Shown here piece after piece: positions 25,333 to 37,816 of a stretch of DNA of 64,000 bases. How positions within the stretch are numbered: position 1 is the first letter of the stretch; each line of letters opens with the position of its first letter. A program made the translations under genes and the position numbers. The stretch is from Octopus bimaculoides (lineage: Eukaryota): positions 111,525,893 to 111,589,892 of the forward strand of contig NC_068984.1 of NCBI RefSeq assembly GCF_001194135.2, written 5' to 3'. The notes under the pieces were generated by a model. The model was given only the letters and a program-made list of their open reading frames with translations. It did no database searches and had not been told where the DNA came from.

Positions 25333-25404
25333 ACTGACGACAAAGATTTTTTGAAGTTCATGTCGGTTATTTGACAATTTGTGCGTCATACAAATTACTA
25401 AATT

Positions 25405-27231
25405 ATGGAGAACCTATTAGCTGCAGTAATACAGCTTCAAGAGAAGCAACAAAAACAACTACAGAAGCTGCAGAAGCAAATATTACAACAACAACAACAG
25501 TTAATTGAGTTACAGTCAAAGAAGTCCAAAAATTCAGTAAGTTCATTTACGCCAGACAGCATGACGAACTTGATTTCTGAATTCATTTATAATCTGGAGG
25601 ATGGTATTATGTTACCTGCATACTATAGAAGGTACAAGGAAATTTTAACAATGATTGCAAACCATGGTTGGATAAGGAGAAAGTGATGCTATTACTATGC
25701 AACGTAGCTCCAGCTGAGCATGAATGCTGCTGTAACTTTATATTTCCCCAAAAGTCAAGTGAGAATGGTTTCCAAGAAACTATTGAATTACTATCAAAGA
25801 CTTTTTTGTGACAAAAGTTCATTATATAACACTTGAATGGCGTGCTGGAACTTAAATAAAAAAATGATGATGATGACTTTATTACATACGCTGGACAAGT
25901 CAACTGTATGTGTGGAAACTTTAAACTCCAGGAACTCACTAGGGATATGTTTAAATCCCTTATATTCATACAATGCCTTATGGCAACCATAGATAGAGAG
26001 AAATTCGAGCAAGGATTCTCTCAAAAATGGAGTAAGTGAACCCTACAGACCATTGCAGAAGAATGTTAAACAATGGTAAACTGGAGCACAAGGAGAAAAA
26101 AATTCAAGAGGAAGATTCCGCAAAAATATAGATTTATTGACCTGGAAAGTACAACCAAAAGAGAGTGCCAGACTCCAATCTATGTTACAGATGTGGAGGC
26201 CTATACTTCAGAAAAGAGTGTCCATTTAAAAACCGAAAATGCTATAGTTGTCAGAAACTTGGTCACAAGAGCCAACACTGCAGGACAAGATTATGAGGGT
26301 TGAAGGCAAAAAGTTCGAAGGTGCTTTCAGCAGAAAGTGAATATGACACAAAAACAAGAAAATTCATATGCGTAAAAATAAATGGTGTAAATAATAAACT
26401 ACAGTTGGCTATGGGTAGTGATATTTCAATCATAAATGCAAATACATGGAGAAAAATCAGGAAATCGAGGTTACATAAAACAGCAAAAATTGTGCATAGT
26501 GTGACAGGCAATAAATTACATTTCATGGGTGAAATGAGCACAAGCATCTCATTTCAAGGAGAAACATGCAAAGCAAAAATATTCTTTATGGAAAATACAA
26601 TCAGTCTGTTTGATGCAGATTGGTTGGAGTTATTTAACTTATGGCACCACTCCATAAGTCTCTACTGCAAAAACATAAATGGTTATCATGTTAAAAATAA
26701 ATCATCAGAGGAATTGAAGAGAAAATTGAGAAAGATGTTTCCTCAAGTACTATCAGAGGACTTAGGTCTTTGTAAAAAAAAAAACTGAGGCCTGCTTTCA
26801 AGTAAGGGAAAACGCTTTGCCTGTATTTAAATCTAACAGAAAAGTACTGTTCACAGCAATTGGAATTGTAAATGAAGAGTTGGACAAACTGGAAAAGGGT
26901 GGAATCATCAAAAAGGTGGATTACTTTAAGTGGGCAGCCCACGGTGTGCATTAAAAAGAAAAATGATAAGATCAAGCTGTGTGCCGATTTCTCTGCAAGA
27001 GTGAACTACTACTTAAAGACATGTCACCATCTACTCCAGACTTCAGAGGACGTTAACGCAAAATAAAATGGTGGAAAAATTTTCTCCAAATTGGATCTGT
27101 CTGACGCTTATTTACAGATTAAAGTAAATGACAGACACACAAAGTAGCTGACAATAAATACACATAGAGGATTGTACAGATATACCCAGTTGCCTTTTGG
27201 ATTAAAGGTTTCGCTGGTAATATTTCAGCAA
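25405..27231 (+). pseudogene. Ty3/Gypsy gag-pol pseudogene (K02A2.6-like): gag, double CCHC knuckle, aspartic protease, N-terminal RT; 3'-truncated
   Basis: SFTPDSMTNLISEFIYNLEDG; DDFITYAGQVN; LCYRCGGLYFRKECPFKNRKCYSCQKLGHKSQHC; LQLAMGSDISII (cf. LDTGSDISII); KLCADFS; GGKIFSKLDLSDAYLQI; TINTHRGLYRYTQLPFG. Many stops and frameshifts; ends before YxDD. Confidence 0.95.
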
Positions 27232-27365
27232 AACAACTCACTGCCTTACACACATGAATATATAATATACCGTACTGCAATAACCTCAGGCCAACCAAAA
27301 ATTTGTGAGAGGATTAGGTAGACAGAAACTGAAAGAAGCCCATCGTGTGTGCATGTGCATATAAA

Positions 27366-27413
<48 letters not shown>

Positions 27414-27608
27414 TGGTGCAGGTGATGATGGTGATGATAATAATGATGATGACGATGTCTATGATGACTCTCAACAGGCAGATAGAGTGGTTGAAATAAG
27501 TATTAAGTTTAAATAGAGTCCTGGGGTCAATTCATTTGACTGAAATTCTTCAAGGTGGTACTCCAGCATGCCCACAGTCTACAGACTGAAGCATATAATA
27601 GATAAAAG

Positions 27609-27644
<36 letters not shown>

Positions 27645-27648
<4 letters not shown>

Positions 27649-28018
27649 TTTTATGCTTTTACTCGTTTCAATCATCTGATTGCGGCCATGCTGGAGCACT
27701 GCCTTGAAGGATTTTGATCAAACAAATCAACCCTCAGGACTTATTTTAANNNNNNNNNNNNNNNNNNNNNNNNNNNNNNNNNNNNNNNNNNNNNNNNNNN
27801 NNNNNNNNNNNNNNNNNNNNNNNNNNNNNNNNNNNNNNNNNNNNNNNNNNNNNNNNNNNNNNNNNNNNNNNNNNNNNNNNNNNNNNNNNNNNNNNNNNNN
27901 NNNNNNNNNNNNNNNNNNNNNNNNNNNNNNNNNNNNNNNNNNNNNNNNNNNNNNNNNNNNNNNNNNNNNNNNNNNNNNNNNNNNNNNNNNNNNNNNNNNN
28001 NNNNNNNNNNNNNNNNNN

Positions 28019-28058
<40 letters not shown>

Positions 28059-28205
28059 CGACAGGCTTCTTTCATTTTCTGTCAACCAAATCCACTCACA
28101 AGGATTTGGTTAGCCTGAGGGCTATAGTAGAAGACACTTGCTCCAACAGGCCACACAATGGGACTGAACCCAGAATCACGTAGTTGGGAAGCAAACCTCT
28201 TGCAA
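27645..28205 (-). mobile_element. SINE family S2 spanning an assembly gap
   Basis: Tail module to the left of the gap, head to the right. Confidence 0.75.
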
Positions 28206-28880
28206 CACTCAACATGTATACATGTTTATGCATGTGTTAGAGCTTGGTGTGCTTGTGGAAACACATTCACTCATAGATGAAACACAATTTAAAACCTCAT
28301 AAAAGAAGTTTTGTCTTTCCATAAACCACCAACGTAGATTTCAATATATTCTGGCATAAGGAGAACAGCAACGAAAACATAAACAATGACAGCTGGAAGT
28401 CCAGATGATTTGTCAATTTAAAGGACTCATAATTCCTGATTTTAACACTAGCCATCTTTATATCTAGCAGCCTTGCTTGTCTATCAAAGGAAACGTGAAG
28501 GAAAAAAATAAGAAAAAAGAAAGAAATTAAAAAAAAACAGGAAAGTATCACCCATTCACTCCAAGACAATGGAGAAGTTATATCAGTATTTTCCGGGTAC
28601 TTCAGATCAAATGGGACACACCCTTTCTTCTAGTCTACTACAAGAATACATACATACACACACACACACACATACTTATATAAAACACTTCCCTTACCCC
28701 ATATATATATATATGCATACATACACGCAATCACACATAAATATACATTAGCTTATGTATGACTGGATACATAGACATACACACCCACACATATATAGAT
28801 GATATATATGCATATAAACATATATATGGATATATATGTAAATATATATACATACATACAAATATATACATGTATGTATA

Positions 28881-28942
<62 letters not shown>

Positions 28943-29038
28943 GCACACATACATTATATTTATACATAAATATACCTATATATACACAGATGTATATATA
29001 TATGTATGTGCGTGCACATCTATGTATGAGGTTAAAAC

Positions 29039-29070
<32 letters not shown>

Positions 29071-29632
29071 TTCAAACCCTCTGACACTATCTACCCACTG
29101 ACTGAATTCTGAATTCCGTTACACAATGTCTAATTTCCCCTGTGTGTGTCTTGATTGCTAGCCTGATTGTGTGTTTATCTATATGTCTATCAATTTATGT
29201 CTGAGTGTTTGTTTGTCTAACTGTATATCTATATGCATGCAACAAAAACAAGCTCCATATGTGCTCCTACATATGTATCCCCTTCCAGAGATTTTATATT
29301 AATCATATAAACTTTTAACTACACCATCATCATTGCTACATCAACCATCAACAAGGCTCCTTTATTGGAATTTTGATAATATCAACTAGGTATTCATGTA
29401 TATATGGTTGTAATTGTATATGAGGGGGTGCCAAAGAGTTTCTGGCTTTGGGTAAAAGAAAATACAGGAGGATCACTTGATTATGATTTTATTCAACATT
29501 TTCCCCTCTCTGATTCGCGCATTTACTGCAGCAATTCTTCATATTTCTTAAGTTTGGACCTCCAGCCCGGTCTTTCATGGTATCCTTAAAGCGAGGAACT
29601 TTTTAGTACCTCCTTTTGTGTGTATGTATGTA

Positions 29633-29685
<53 letters not shown>

Positions 29686-29695
29686 NNNNNNNNNN

Positions 29696-29713
<18 letters not shown>

Positions 29714-29731
<18 letters not shown>

Positions 29732-30090
29732 ATGAGAGGTAATGGTGTCAAGAAGACCCAAAGGTGTCAGGTAATGTTGAGTAAGTGCTATGGACAGACT
29801 ATAGTTAAGCTCCAGGTTTGGTGATTATGCGAATGAGGAGTCCAACGTAGTTCATATATCAGCATGCGTATATATATAAAAAAATTAACAGAATGAGATA
29901 AAAATCCAAGGCTGTGAAAGATTTCACTCTCTATTTCATATCTCATCTAGAATAACTATTGCTTAACCATTTTCTCACACTGTCTCTAATGAAGGGATAT
30001 ATAAAATATCCCGGAAACAGCTGTCAGACCTATTTATAAATGTTCTGAAATCTTTCACAGCCTTGGATTTTTATCTCATTCTGTTAATTT
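29714..30090 (+). mobile_element. Composite repeat ending in an HHR-bearing fold-back
   Basis: Perfect 45-bp inverted repeat, 29882-29926 with 30046-30090, enclosing the HHR. The upstream module is shared with 23455. Confidence 0.85.
29982..30029 (+). ncRNA. Near-canonical type I minimal hammerhead, probably inactivated (G5>A)
   Basis: GTCT-CTAATGA-A-GGGATAT(ATAAA)ATATCCC-G-GAAA-CAGCTG-TC-AGAC. 4-bp stem I, 7-bp stem II, palindromic stem III ACAGCTGT, GUC site. Confidence 0.75.
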
Positions 30091-30105
30091 ATACATATAC
30101 ATATA

Positions 30106-30276
30106 TATAGTTTAAAGTAAAAAGGAAAAAGCAAACCGTTTGGCATAGAGCGTATAAATATATACGTATTATCTATATATTATCTCTCTATATTGTACTG
30201 CATTATTTATCAAAATTAAATGTTCTTTTCAAATGATGCCAAACGTTTTTCTTTTCCAACTCTACTTTAATCTATA
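30106..30276. repeat. Small degraded fold-back (arms of about 40 bp)
   Basis: TATAGTTTAAAGTA...AAACCGTTTGGCAT with ATGCCAAACGTTT...TACTTTAATCTATA. Confidence 0.55.
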
Positions 30277-30521
30277 GCTATCTGCTCAAGGAGAAACTAC
30301 TTCTAGTCACCTGTGATAGGTAATCTCAACACTTTCAGTAGCAGTTCAAGCCGGAGTTTTAGTGGTAATCAAAACTGAGCACACACAATACCTACCTATT
30401 ACTTAATGCCAGTTGACAAACACTCCTGATATAATTGTGTATATATAAGTCTGCATTTATATATCTATGTCGGTAGGCTTGTACTTTTGTACATATGTAT
30501 GTATGTTCTTTGATATGTATT

Positions 30522-30560
<39 letters not shown>

Positions 30561-31194
30561 GTATGCCTGTACATATGTGTACATATCTATATGTATGTGT
30601 TTGTGTATGCATGGACGTATGTATGTGTTTATGCATGTATGTATGCATGCATTTATTTATGCAAGTAAGTGTGTGTGCATATGCATGTATTTATTTGATG
30701 ATAAATAATACAAATAATTAACACTCTAATGATGATGGATTATTATCATCACAGCCATGTATTAGAGAATTAGGAAATGAAAATTGCCATAATTAAAATA
30801 ACGACAGCAACGAAAATAACAAAAACAACAGCAGCAAGAATAAGGAAAACCACAAGGAAACCAATTTACCAAACAAGTGACAGCGTTGGTGATGTAAAGA
30901 CATAATGCTTTCAATAAGGAAAAGAATAATGATTAAGGAGGAGGAGGAGGGGTAGGTGAGGAAGAGGGGTAGGTGAGGAGAAGGGGTAGGTGAGGAGGAG
31001 GAGGAAGAGGAGGTGGTAGTGGTGGTAGTGGTGGTGGTGGTGGTGGTTGAGATGAGGATTATAGTGGTTGTAGAGGCGGTGATGATGATGGTAGCAGTGG
31101 TGGTTGTGGTCATGGTGATGGTGGTGTTAGGGATGGTGTTGATGGTGGTCATGGTGGTGTTAGGGGTGGTGGTGGTGGTGGTAGTTATTACAGC

Positions 31195-31850
31195 AATGAG
31201 GATGACAAACAACAATTTCATTGACCCCAGCAACACTAGCAACAAGAAAACAAATACGCCTCCAAATGGTCAATTTGTAGTTGATGGTTTTGCATACCTC
31301 GGTCCTGAGATAGCCTCAACTGAAAAGGCTGTAAAAATTCAGATAGCCCAAGCATAGTCACTCCTAAACAAACTGAACATTGTCTGGGAATCAGCCCCGT
31401 CAGACAACCTTAAGAGGAATTTTTTCATGCAAAGATAGAGTCAGTCCTTTAATTTTATTGAGCAACAGTTTGGACGCTTACCAAAAAAGCGGAATCCAAG
31501 ATTGGTGGAGCCTACACCCAAATGTAAAGAGCAGTCTTAAACATATCTCATCTTTCCAAGAAACAGCTGAATGGACATCTCTTGCCAATTTCCACCATAA
31601 TAAGAGAATGGTGCTTATGTTTTGCAGGACATTGCTGGCAGGTTATGCAAGAGTTGGCAAGGGACCTACTACTATGGATGCCAAAATCATGGCCGTACAC
31701 AAACAGGTCATCCAAACACAACGTTTATTGTTCAATTCCTAGCAGACCCTCAATGCCACCCTGAAGATCTCCCTCAACTAATACAGGACCAAGATGGAAT
31801 GCCTACGTAGGTCAAAAATGTCCAAGCCAATTCCATCAGATGAGGGTGAG
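31195..31850 (+). pseudogene. RTE-clade LINE 3' fragment (RT C-terminus)
   Basis: VVDGFAYLGPEIASTEKAVKIQIAQA...LNKLNIVW...NLKRNFF; ISTIIREWCLCFAGHCW...ELARDLLLW.PK; GRTQTGHPNTTF...CHPEDLPQLIQDQDG. Confidence 0.85.
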
Positions 31851-32303
31851 ATACATGTAAAAAAGTTGGAATAATCATAGATGGAATGTCTTTAATTATA
31901 ATCAGTTTAATCAAGTTGAAGCTGGAACTGTATATATATATATATATAAGGAGTCAAAACTTACTTGCAAATGGACGCATAACGTTCGATGATATAATAA
32001 TACAAAGAATATGTATGCATGCATACCCACATATATGTACATACCCACATCTGCATGTGTATATAGATGCATATCAGGGTACAGGACGTTAGAAAAATGA
32101 TCTACAGACAATGGAACGAACACATAGGAAAACAGGTAGCCACTTGGAATTAATCCTTCGTCAGCTGCCTCTATTCTAATTAGACGTTTCGAAGATAAGG
32201 CAGAACATATTCTAGAATAGTCTCTTCCTGAGTATACATATATATATGTGCGTGTGTGTGTGTGTATATAAGTGTATATATATATGTATATATATAAGTA
32301 GAA

Positions 32304-32354
<51 letters not shown>

Positions 32355-32894
32355 TCTAGCCCACATCTAAAACCTTTTTCAGCGCAAATTATAATTATCA
32401 TTTCATTTCATTATTATAAACGCCTGAATGTGAATCTCCTTAAGGATAAAACAGTTAGAGTAGAATTTTAGCAGAAAATCGAAAATTTGTATTGGTAAAA
32501 TGAGTGGATGAACTTCAGAGGACAACTATACAATTTAAGTAAAGAAGTTTTAGGAATAAAGAAGAAACATCAAGATTGGTTTGATGAAAGTGGTGGAAAT
32601 ATTCCACATTTGTTGGAAGGAAAACGAAAGTGACTGCATTCATTACTAGCAAATGATTCTGACTAAAATATAGNNNNNNNNNNNNNNNNNNNNNNNNNNN
32701 NNNNNNNNNNNNNNNNNNNNNNNNNNNNNNNNNNNNNNNNNNNNNNNNNNNNNNNNNNNNNNNNNNNNNNNNNNNNNNNNNNNNNNNNNNNNNNNNNNNN
32801 NNNNNNNNNNNNNNNNNNNNNNNNNNNNNNNNNNNNNNNNNNNNNNNNNNNNNNNNNNNNNNNNNNNNNNNNNNNACATATATATACATATATA

Positions 32895-33055
32895 TGACGG
32901 GCTTCTTTCAGTTTCCCTCTACCAAATCCACTCACAAGGCTTTGGTCGGCCTGAGACTATAGTAGAAGACACTTGCCCAAGGTGCCACACAGTGGGAATG
33001 AACCCAGAACCAAGTGGTTGGTAAGCAAGCTACTTACCACACAGCCACTCCTGCT
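32895..33055 (-). mobile_element. SINE family S2 head
   Basis: Near-consensus reverse complement of 35420-35580. Confidence 0.9.
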
Positions 33056-33163
33056 TGTTGATGAAAGCATTATATTTGTTTTAAGTGCTTATGATACACA
33101 ATCCAGCTTTCACAAGCAGGTTACGATACACAGAGCTTACGATACATAGTCCAGGTTTCACAC

Positions 33164-33212
<49 letters not shown>

Positions 33213-34057
33213 GGCTGACGTACCCAGTAATTCCCGGGAAAGCGGGGCTTATCCCTTGGTTCCATTCTCATAATTGATCAGAATGTCTGTCTGAAGAGGG
33301 CTGGCTTGGGACTAAACAACATCAGTATAATAAATAGCTAACTAAATAAATACATAAATAAATAAGTAAATAAATAAATAAATGGGCCAGTGAGAATGCC
33401 TCTATACCTCTACATCATGCTAGAAATGGCAGCTAAATCTTCCTCACATTACTAACTTGAAAGTGAAAGGTCATTAGGAGATATCGTATAGACGTCTTTA
33501 TCATAGGGCTAATCCTTCAAAGCCGACCGGGAATAAACAACTACTACTACTACAAGGACAGAACAAAAATAAAAAGCAACAGCTAAGCAATATGAATTAT
33601 AATAATCCCAAGCAAAATAAGAGAGAAGTAGGGTCCTACAATACTAAAATGAGTAAAAGGAGGATAAAAAGAAAATGCAAGGTATTTTTTTATATATATA
33701 TATATGTATTTTTAATTTACTTCTTTATTTCATATATCTATGTGAAGTGGGTACTTAGAAAGGAGACCTCCCACATTTTTCGAACAGATACCCAGATAGC
33801 CCATTTAATCTCCACCCCTTTTATGAGTTCTATGAAAAAAATTTGGCAGGCTTAACATGGCAGAAACAGCTGTTATCATTTTCAACATTTTTCGCACCCT
33901 GCTCTCATTTGGCTGCATGTATATGCTTATTTGCATCTATCTATCTATCCGTCTGTCTGTCTGTCTGTCTGTCAGTCTGTCTGTCTTTATCTATCTATCT
34001 ATTTAATATAAATAATATATATTATAGATAGATAAAATGTATATATATATATATATA

Positions 34058-34290
34058 TCATCATCATCATTGTTTAACGTCCGCTTTCCATGTTAGCATG
34101 GGTTGGACTGGTGAGCCAGATGGCTGCACCAGGCTCTAATCTGATCTCGCAGAGTTTCTACAGCTGGATGCCCTTCCTAACGCCAACCATTCCGAGAGTG
34201 TAGTGGATCCTTTTACGTGCCACCGGCACGAGGGCCAGTCACACGGTACTGGCAACTGCCACGTTCAAAAAGGTGTTTTTTATGTGCCAC
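34058..34290 (-). mobile_element. SINE family S3
   Basis: Matches 6550-6805. Confidence 0.85.
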
Positions 34291-34524
34291 CATATATATA
34301 TCAAAATAAGCAACAAGGATATCCAGAGGTAATGCAGAAAAATATGGAACACTTCACAAATTTGTGTGTCATGGATGATATGCAAATTCGTGATGCATTC
34401 CTTATTTTTCTGCATTACCTCTGGATATCCTTCTTGTTTATTTTGATTTTAATCACATTACTTTGAAATTGTATGGATAATACCATACTAAATTCTGGTA
34501 CCTCAACTTAAGTACCCTATTCAT

Positions 34525-34910
34525 AGGTGCAGGAATGGCTGTGTGGTAAGAAGCTTGCTTCCCAACCACATGGTACTGGATTCAATCTCACTGCGCGGCC
34601 CCTTGGGTGAGTGTCTTCTACTATAGCCTTGGGCTAACCAATGCCTTGTGAGTGGATTTGGTAGATGGAAACTGAAAGAAGTATATATATGTTTGTGTGT
34701 CTGTGCTTGTGTTTGTCCCCCCACCATCGCTTGACAACCAATGCTGGTATATTTATGTCCCCCGTAACTTAGCGGTTCAGCAAAAGAGACAGATAGAATA
34801 AGTACTAGGCTTGCAAAGAATAAGTCCTGGAGTCAATTTGTTCGGCTAAAGGTGGTGCTCCAGCATGGCCACAGTCAAATGACTGAAACAAGTCAAAGAA
34901 TAAAAGAATA
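34525..34910 (+). mobile_element. SINE family S2
   Basis: GCAGGAATGGCTGTGTGGTAAG head through GACTGAAACAAGT tail. Confidence 0.9.
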
Positions 34911-34940
34911 TGTATATATGCATGTGTATGTTTGTGTATG

Positions 34941-35015
<75 letters not shown>

Positions 35016-35179
35016 TCATCATCATCGTTTAACATCAACTTTCCATGCTGGCATGGGTTGGACGGTTTGACTGAGGACTGGCAAGTCAGGTGGCTGCATT
35101 AGAGTAACTGCTGTATTTGTTGAGCATATAAACAGTTTGGCTGCTTGTTTCTCTGGAGACTGTCAGAATGGTGTAGACG

Positions 35180-35221
35180 CCTCTGATGAGAACCCAAATA
35201 AGGTTCAAAAATCGAGTAAGG
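35180..35221 (+). ncRNA. Type I minimal hammerhead, degraded (G12>A)
   Basis: CCT-CTGATGA-GAACC(CAAATAA)GGTTC-AAAA-ATCGAG-TA-AGG. Perfect 5-bp stem II; stem III one change from the palindrome ACTCGAGT. Confidence 0.65.
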
Positions 35222-35291
35222 GTGCTCGTTTTTTTCAGTCTGTGAAGATATGGGTAAAATTTGCCCTGTTTATAATTATACCTCATGTTAT

Positions 35292-35323
<32 letters not shown>

Positions 35324-35419
35324 GATGATGACAAATTTGTTAATTTAATTAAACAGCTTTCATCTAGCAAAACCCAAATGAAATTTTATAAAAATTCATT
35401 TTTAATTCCAGAATAGGTG

Positions 35420-35815
35420 TAAGAGTGGCTGTGTGGTAAGTAGCTTGCTTACCAACCACATGGTTCCAGGTTCAGTCCCACTGTGTGGCACCTTGGGCAA
35501 GTGTCCTCTACTATAGCCTCGGGCCGACCAAAGACTTGTGAGTGTATTTGGTAGATGGAAACTGAAAGAAGCCCATCGTATATATGTATATGTATATATA
35601 TGTATGTGTGTATATGTTTGTGTGTTTGTGTTTGTCCTCCCAACATCGATTGACAACCGATACTGGTGTGTTTGTCACCGTAACTTAGCAGTTCGGCAAA
35701 AGAAACCAATAGAATAAGTACTAGGCTTACAAAGAATAAGTCCTGGGGTCAATTTACTCGACTAAAGGCAGTGCTCCAGCATGCCCACAGTCAAATGACT
35801 GAAACAAGTAAAAGA
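35420..35815 (+). mobile_element. SINE family S2, full length
   Basis: A-box-like TGGCTGTGTGGTAAG, B-box-like GGTTCAGTCC, microsatellite middle, tail ending GAAACAAGTAAAAGA. Confidence 0.9.
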
Positions 35816-35834
35816 GCACATTGTTAATAAACTT

Positions 35835-37420
35835 TCTGATAAGAATACACTCTGAATCTGCCTTCACTTTCAATGACTGCTTCAATGTGGGTCCGGAAAC
35901 ATTGAAATGCCTGCACTAAACGGTCTTTGTTTATTTAAAACATCACCTGGACAATGGCAGCCTTCAGTGATGCTATGGTATTGCGAGGATGTTGATTACT
36001 CACCTTTTCAACAACTACCTAAATGTAGTAGTTCAGGAGATTTAAATCTGGTAAGCTCAGAGGTCATGAGTTTAGTGTTACATGATCATAAGGATTGTCT
36101 GACACCGATTTTTTGCATTATATGGATCTTGTGAGAATGTACTGAGTTTTGTTAAAACGTGTGTAACCTTCCACTGCATATCTCATCCATTCAGAGCTTA
36201 GCAACTGTCTCCAACATCTCAATGTAACCAGTAGCATTAATTTTAAGAATCCATGGAAAGATGTGAGGTAACATGGTATGACTTTTGCTGCTAAACTCTC
36301 CTAAAACCATCACAGTTTCTGGGAACTTAGTGTACATCACTCTGGGGACATCAGAAGCTCTACACATAATCATCTATCATTTCTTCTGTTAGACTTTTAG
36401 TCTTGGTCAAACTTTTTCTCATCTAAGAAAGAACCAAAGCATACCATGTTAGTGAGGGCTTTTAACCTTGTTAAGCCAAGCCAAGTGAGACCTAAATTCA
36501 AGGCCTCTGCCAGGGGTGTAGCCAGTCCACTTATGCGTACCTTCCTTCATTGGACACTAAACTCCGCTTGCGAAGACCTGTTGAGGCAAGTGAAATCGAA
36601 ATCGAACTAAATTCAATGACTGGCACCCATGCCAGCGTCGTCTCCTTCATTGGATACGAAACTTGGCTTGCAAAGACCTGTTGGGGCAAGCGAAAGCGAA
36701 ATCGTGATAGCACCTGTGCCCAGCGTTGCCTTCCTGGCACGTGTAAAGACATTTGAGCGAGATTGTTGACAGTGCTGCCGGACTGGCTCGTGTGCAGGTG
36801 GCACATAAAATACACCATTTTGAGCGTGGCCATTGCCAGTACCGCCTGACTGGCCTTCGTGCCAGTGGCACATAAAAGCACCCACTACACACTTGGAGTG
36901 GTTGGCGCTAGGAAGCACATCCAGCAGTAGAAACTCAGCCAAATCAGATTGGAACTTGGTGCAGCCATCTGGTTCACCAGTCCTCAGTCAAATCGTCCAA
37001 CCCATGCTAGCATGGAGGGCAGATGTTAAACGATAATGGTGATGATGATGAAGTAACCGCTTGGTAATGGTCAAATAGTTTTCCTGTGTTTTTGCAGACA
37101 TAATTTGGCCCCATCTCAGTACATACAATGTGTATGAGATATCCCTGTGTGTGTACAGTGCTAATAACTCACTCTGTCACCTGCAGTCCATTGATTTCTC
37201 AGAATCATCATCAATGATGTTTTAAACCTATTGGATGAATTGAAGTGTCCTTGTAGTGTTCAAATGTTAGAACATGCTTTGCTCTTTAATGTAGTTGAAA
37301 CATTCCAATCAGAAGCTTTCAGTTCCAACCCAAACTTTGTGTACAAAAGATCATGTGACATTTTGAAAGTATGCAAGGATCACATGTCTTTTCATTTCTC
37401 CTGTTATCATTTTATCTGCC
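35835..37420 (-). pseudogene. Tc1/mariner-superfamily (maT/DD37D-like) transposase remnant interrupted by an S3 SINE
   Basis: Minus strand: EMKRHVILAY...SFVHKVW...TRTLQFIQ*V*NIIDDD (about 37400-37200); GQIMSAKTQEN (about 37100); DEKKFDQD*KSNRRNDR (about 36420-36370); DVPRVMYTKFPETVMVLG; PDLNLLNYY-like segment; HPRNTIASLKAAI...FRTHIEAVIE. Confidence 0.85.
36520..37050 (+). mobile_element. Long S3 SINE copy with expanded internal repeats, inserted in the transposase
   Basis: Ends CCCATGCTAGCATGGAGGGCAGATGTTAAACGATAATGGTGATGATGATG. Internal GTGGCAC...ACTGGC units. Confidence 0.85.
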
Positions 37421-37768
37421 ATGAAAGATCTCATAGAAATAAAAATCTTTTAAAAGGGCTCAGAAGAGCAATACACTGGCAATTAAACATCCTCAAATAC
37501 ACCTCACAGGTTTTGTATACATATATACACTCATTCATATACTGAGATAGGTTTACTTATTCAGAAAAATAACCATGGATTAAAAAAGAACTCAATACTG
37601 ATAATTAAGAACTGAGTATGATATAAAATCTTTTTTTTTTTATTTTAGTGTAAATCTAAATAACATTTTTTAAAAATCAATCTTTTCATCTTACGAATTG
37701 TCATTTTATTCTAGCAATTCATAAATCTTTCATAAGTAATTTACTTTTAAGCAAACTATAAACTCGTG

Positions 37769-37816
<48 letters not shown>

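Noticed and set aside
23455-30090. Direct repeats at 23455 and 29714 as the LTR pair of the Gypsy element between them
   Set aside because: No TG..CA ends or PBS/PPT, and they end in HHR-type fold-backs. The Gypsy has its own LTR and PBS at 25049-25345.
30937-31015. G-quadruplex in (GAGGGGTAGGTGAGGA)x3
   Set aside because: Only three G4 runs with long loops; it is an ordinary purine-rich minisatellite within a decayed trinucleotide tract.
37231-37545. 104-aa plus-strand ORF in seemingly unique DNA
   Set aside because: It is antisense to the N-terminus of the maT-like transposase remnant.
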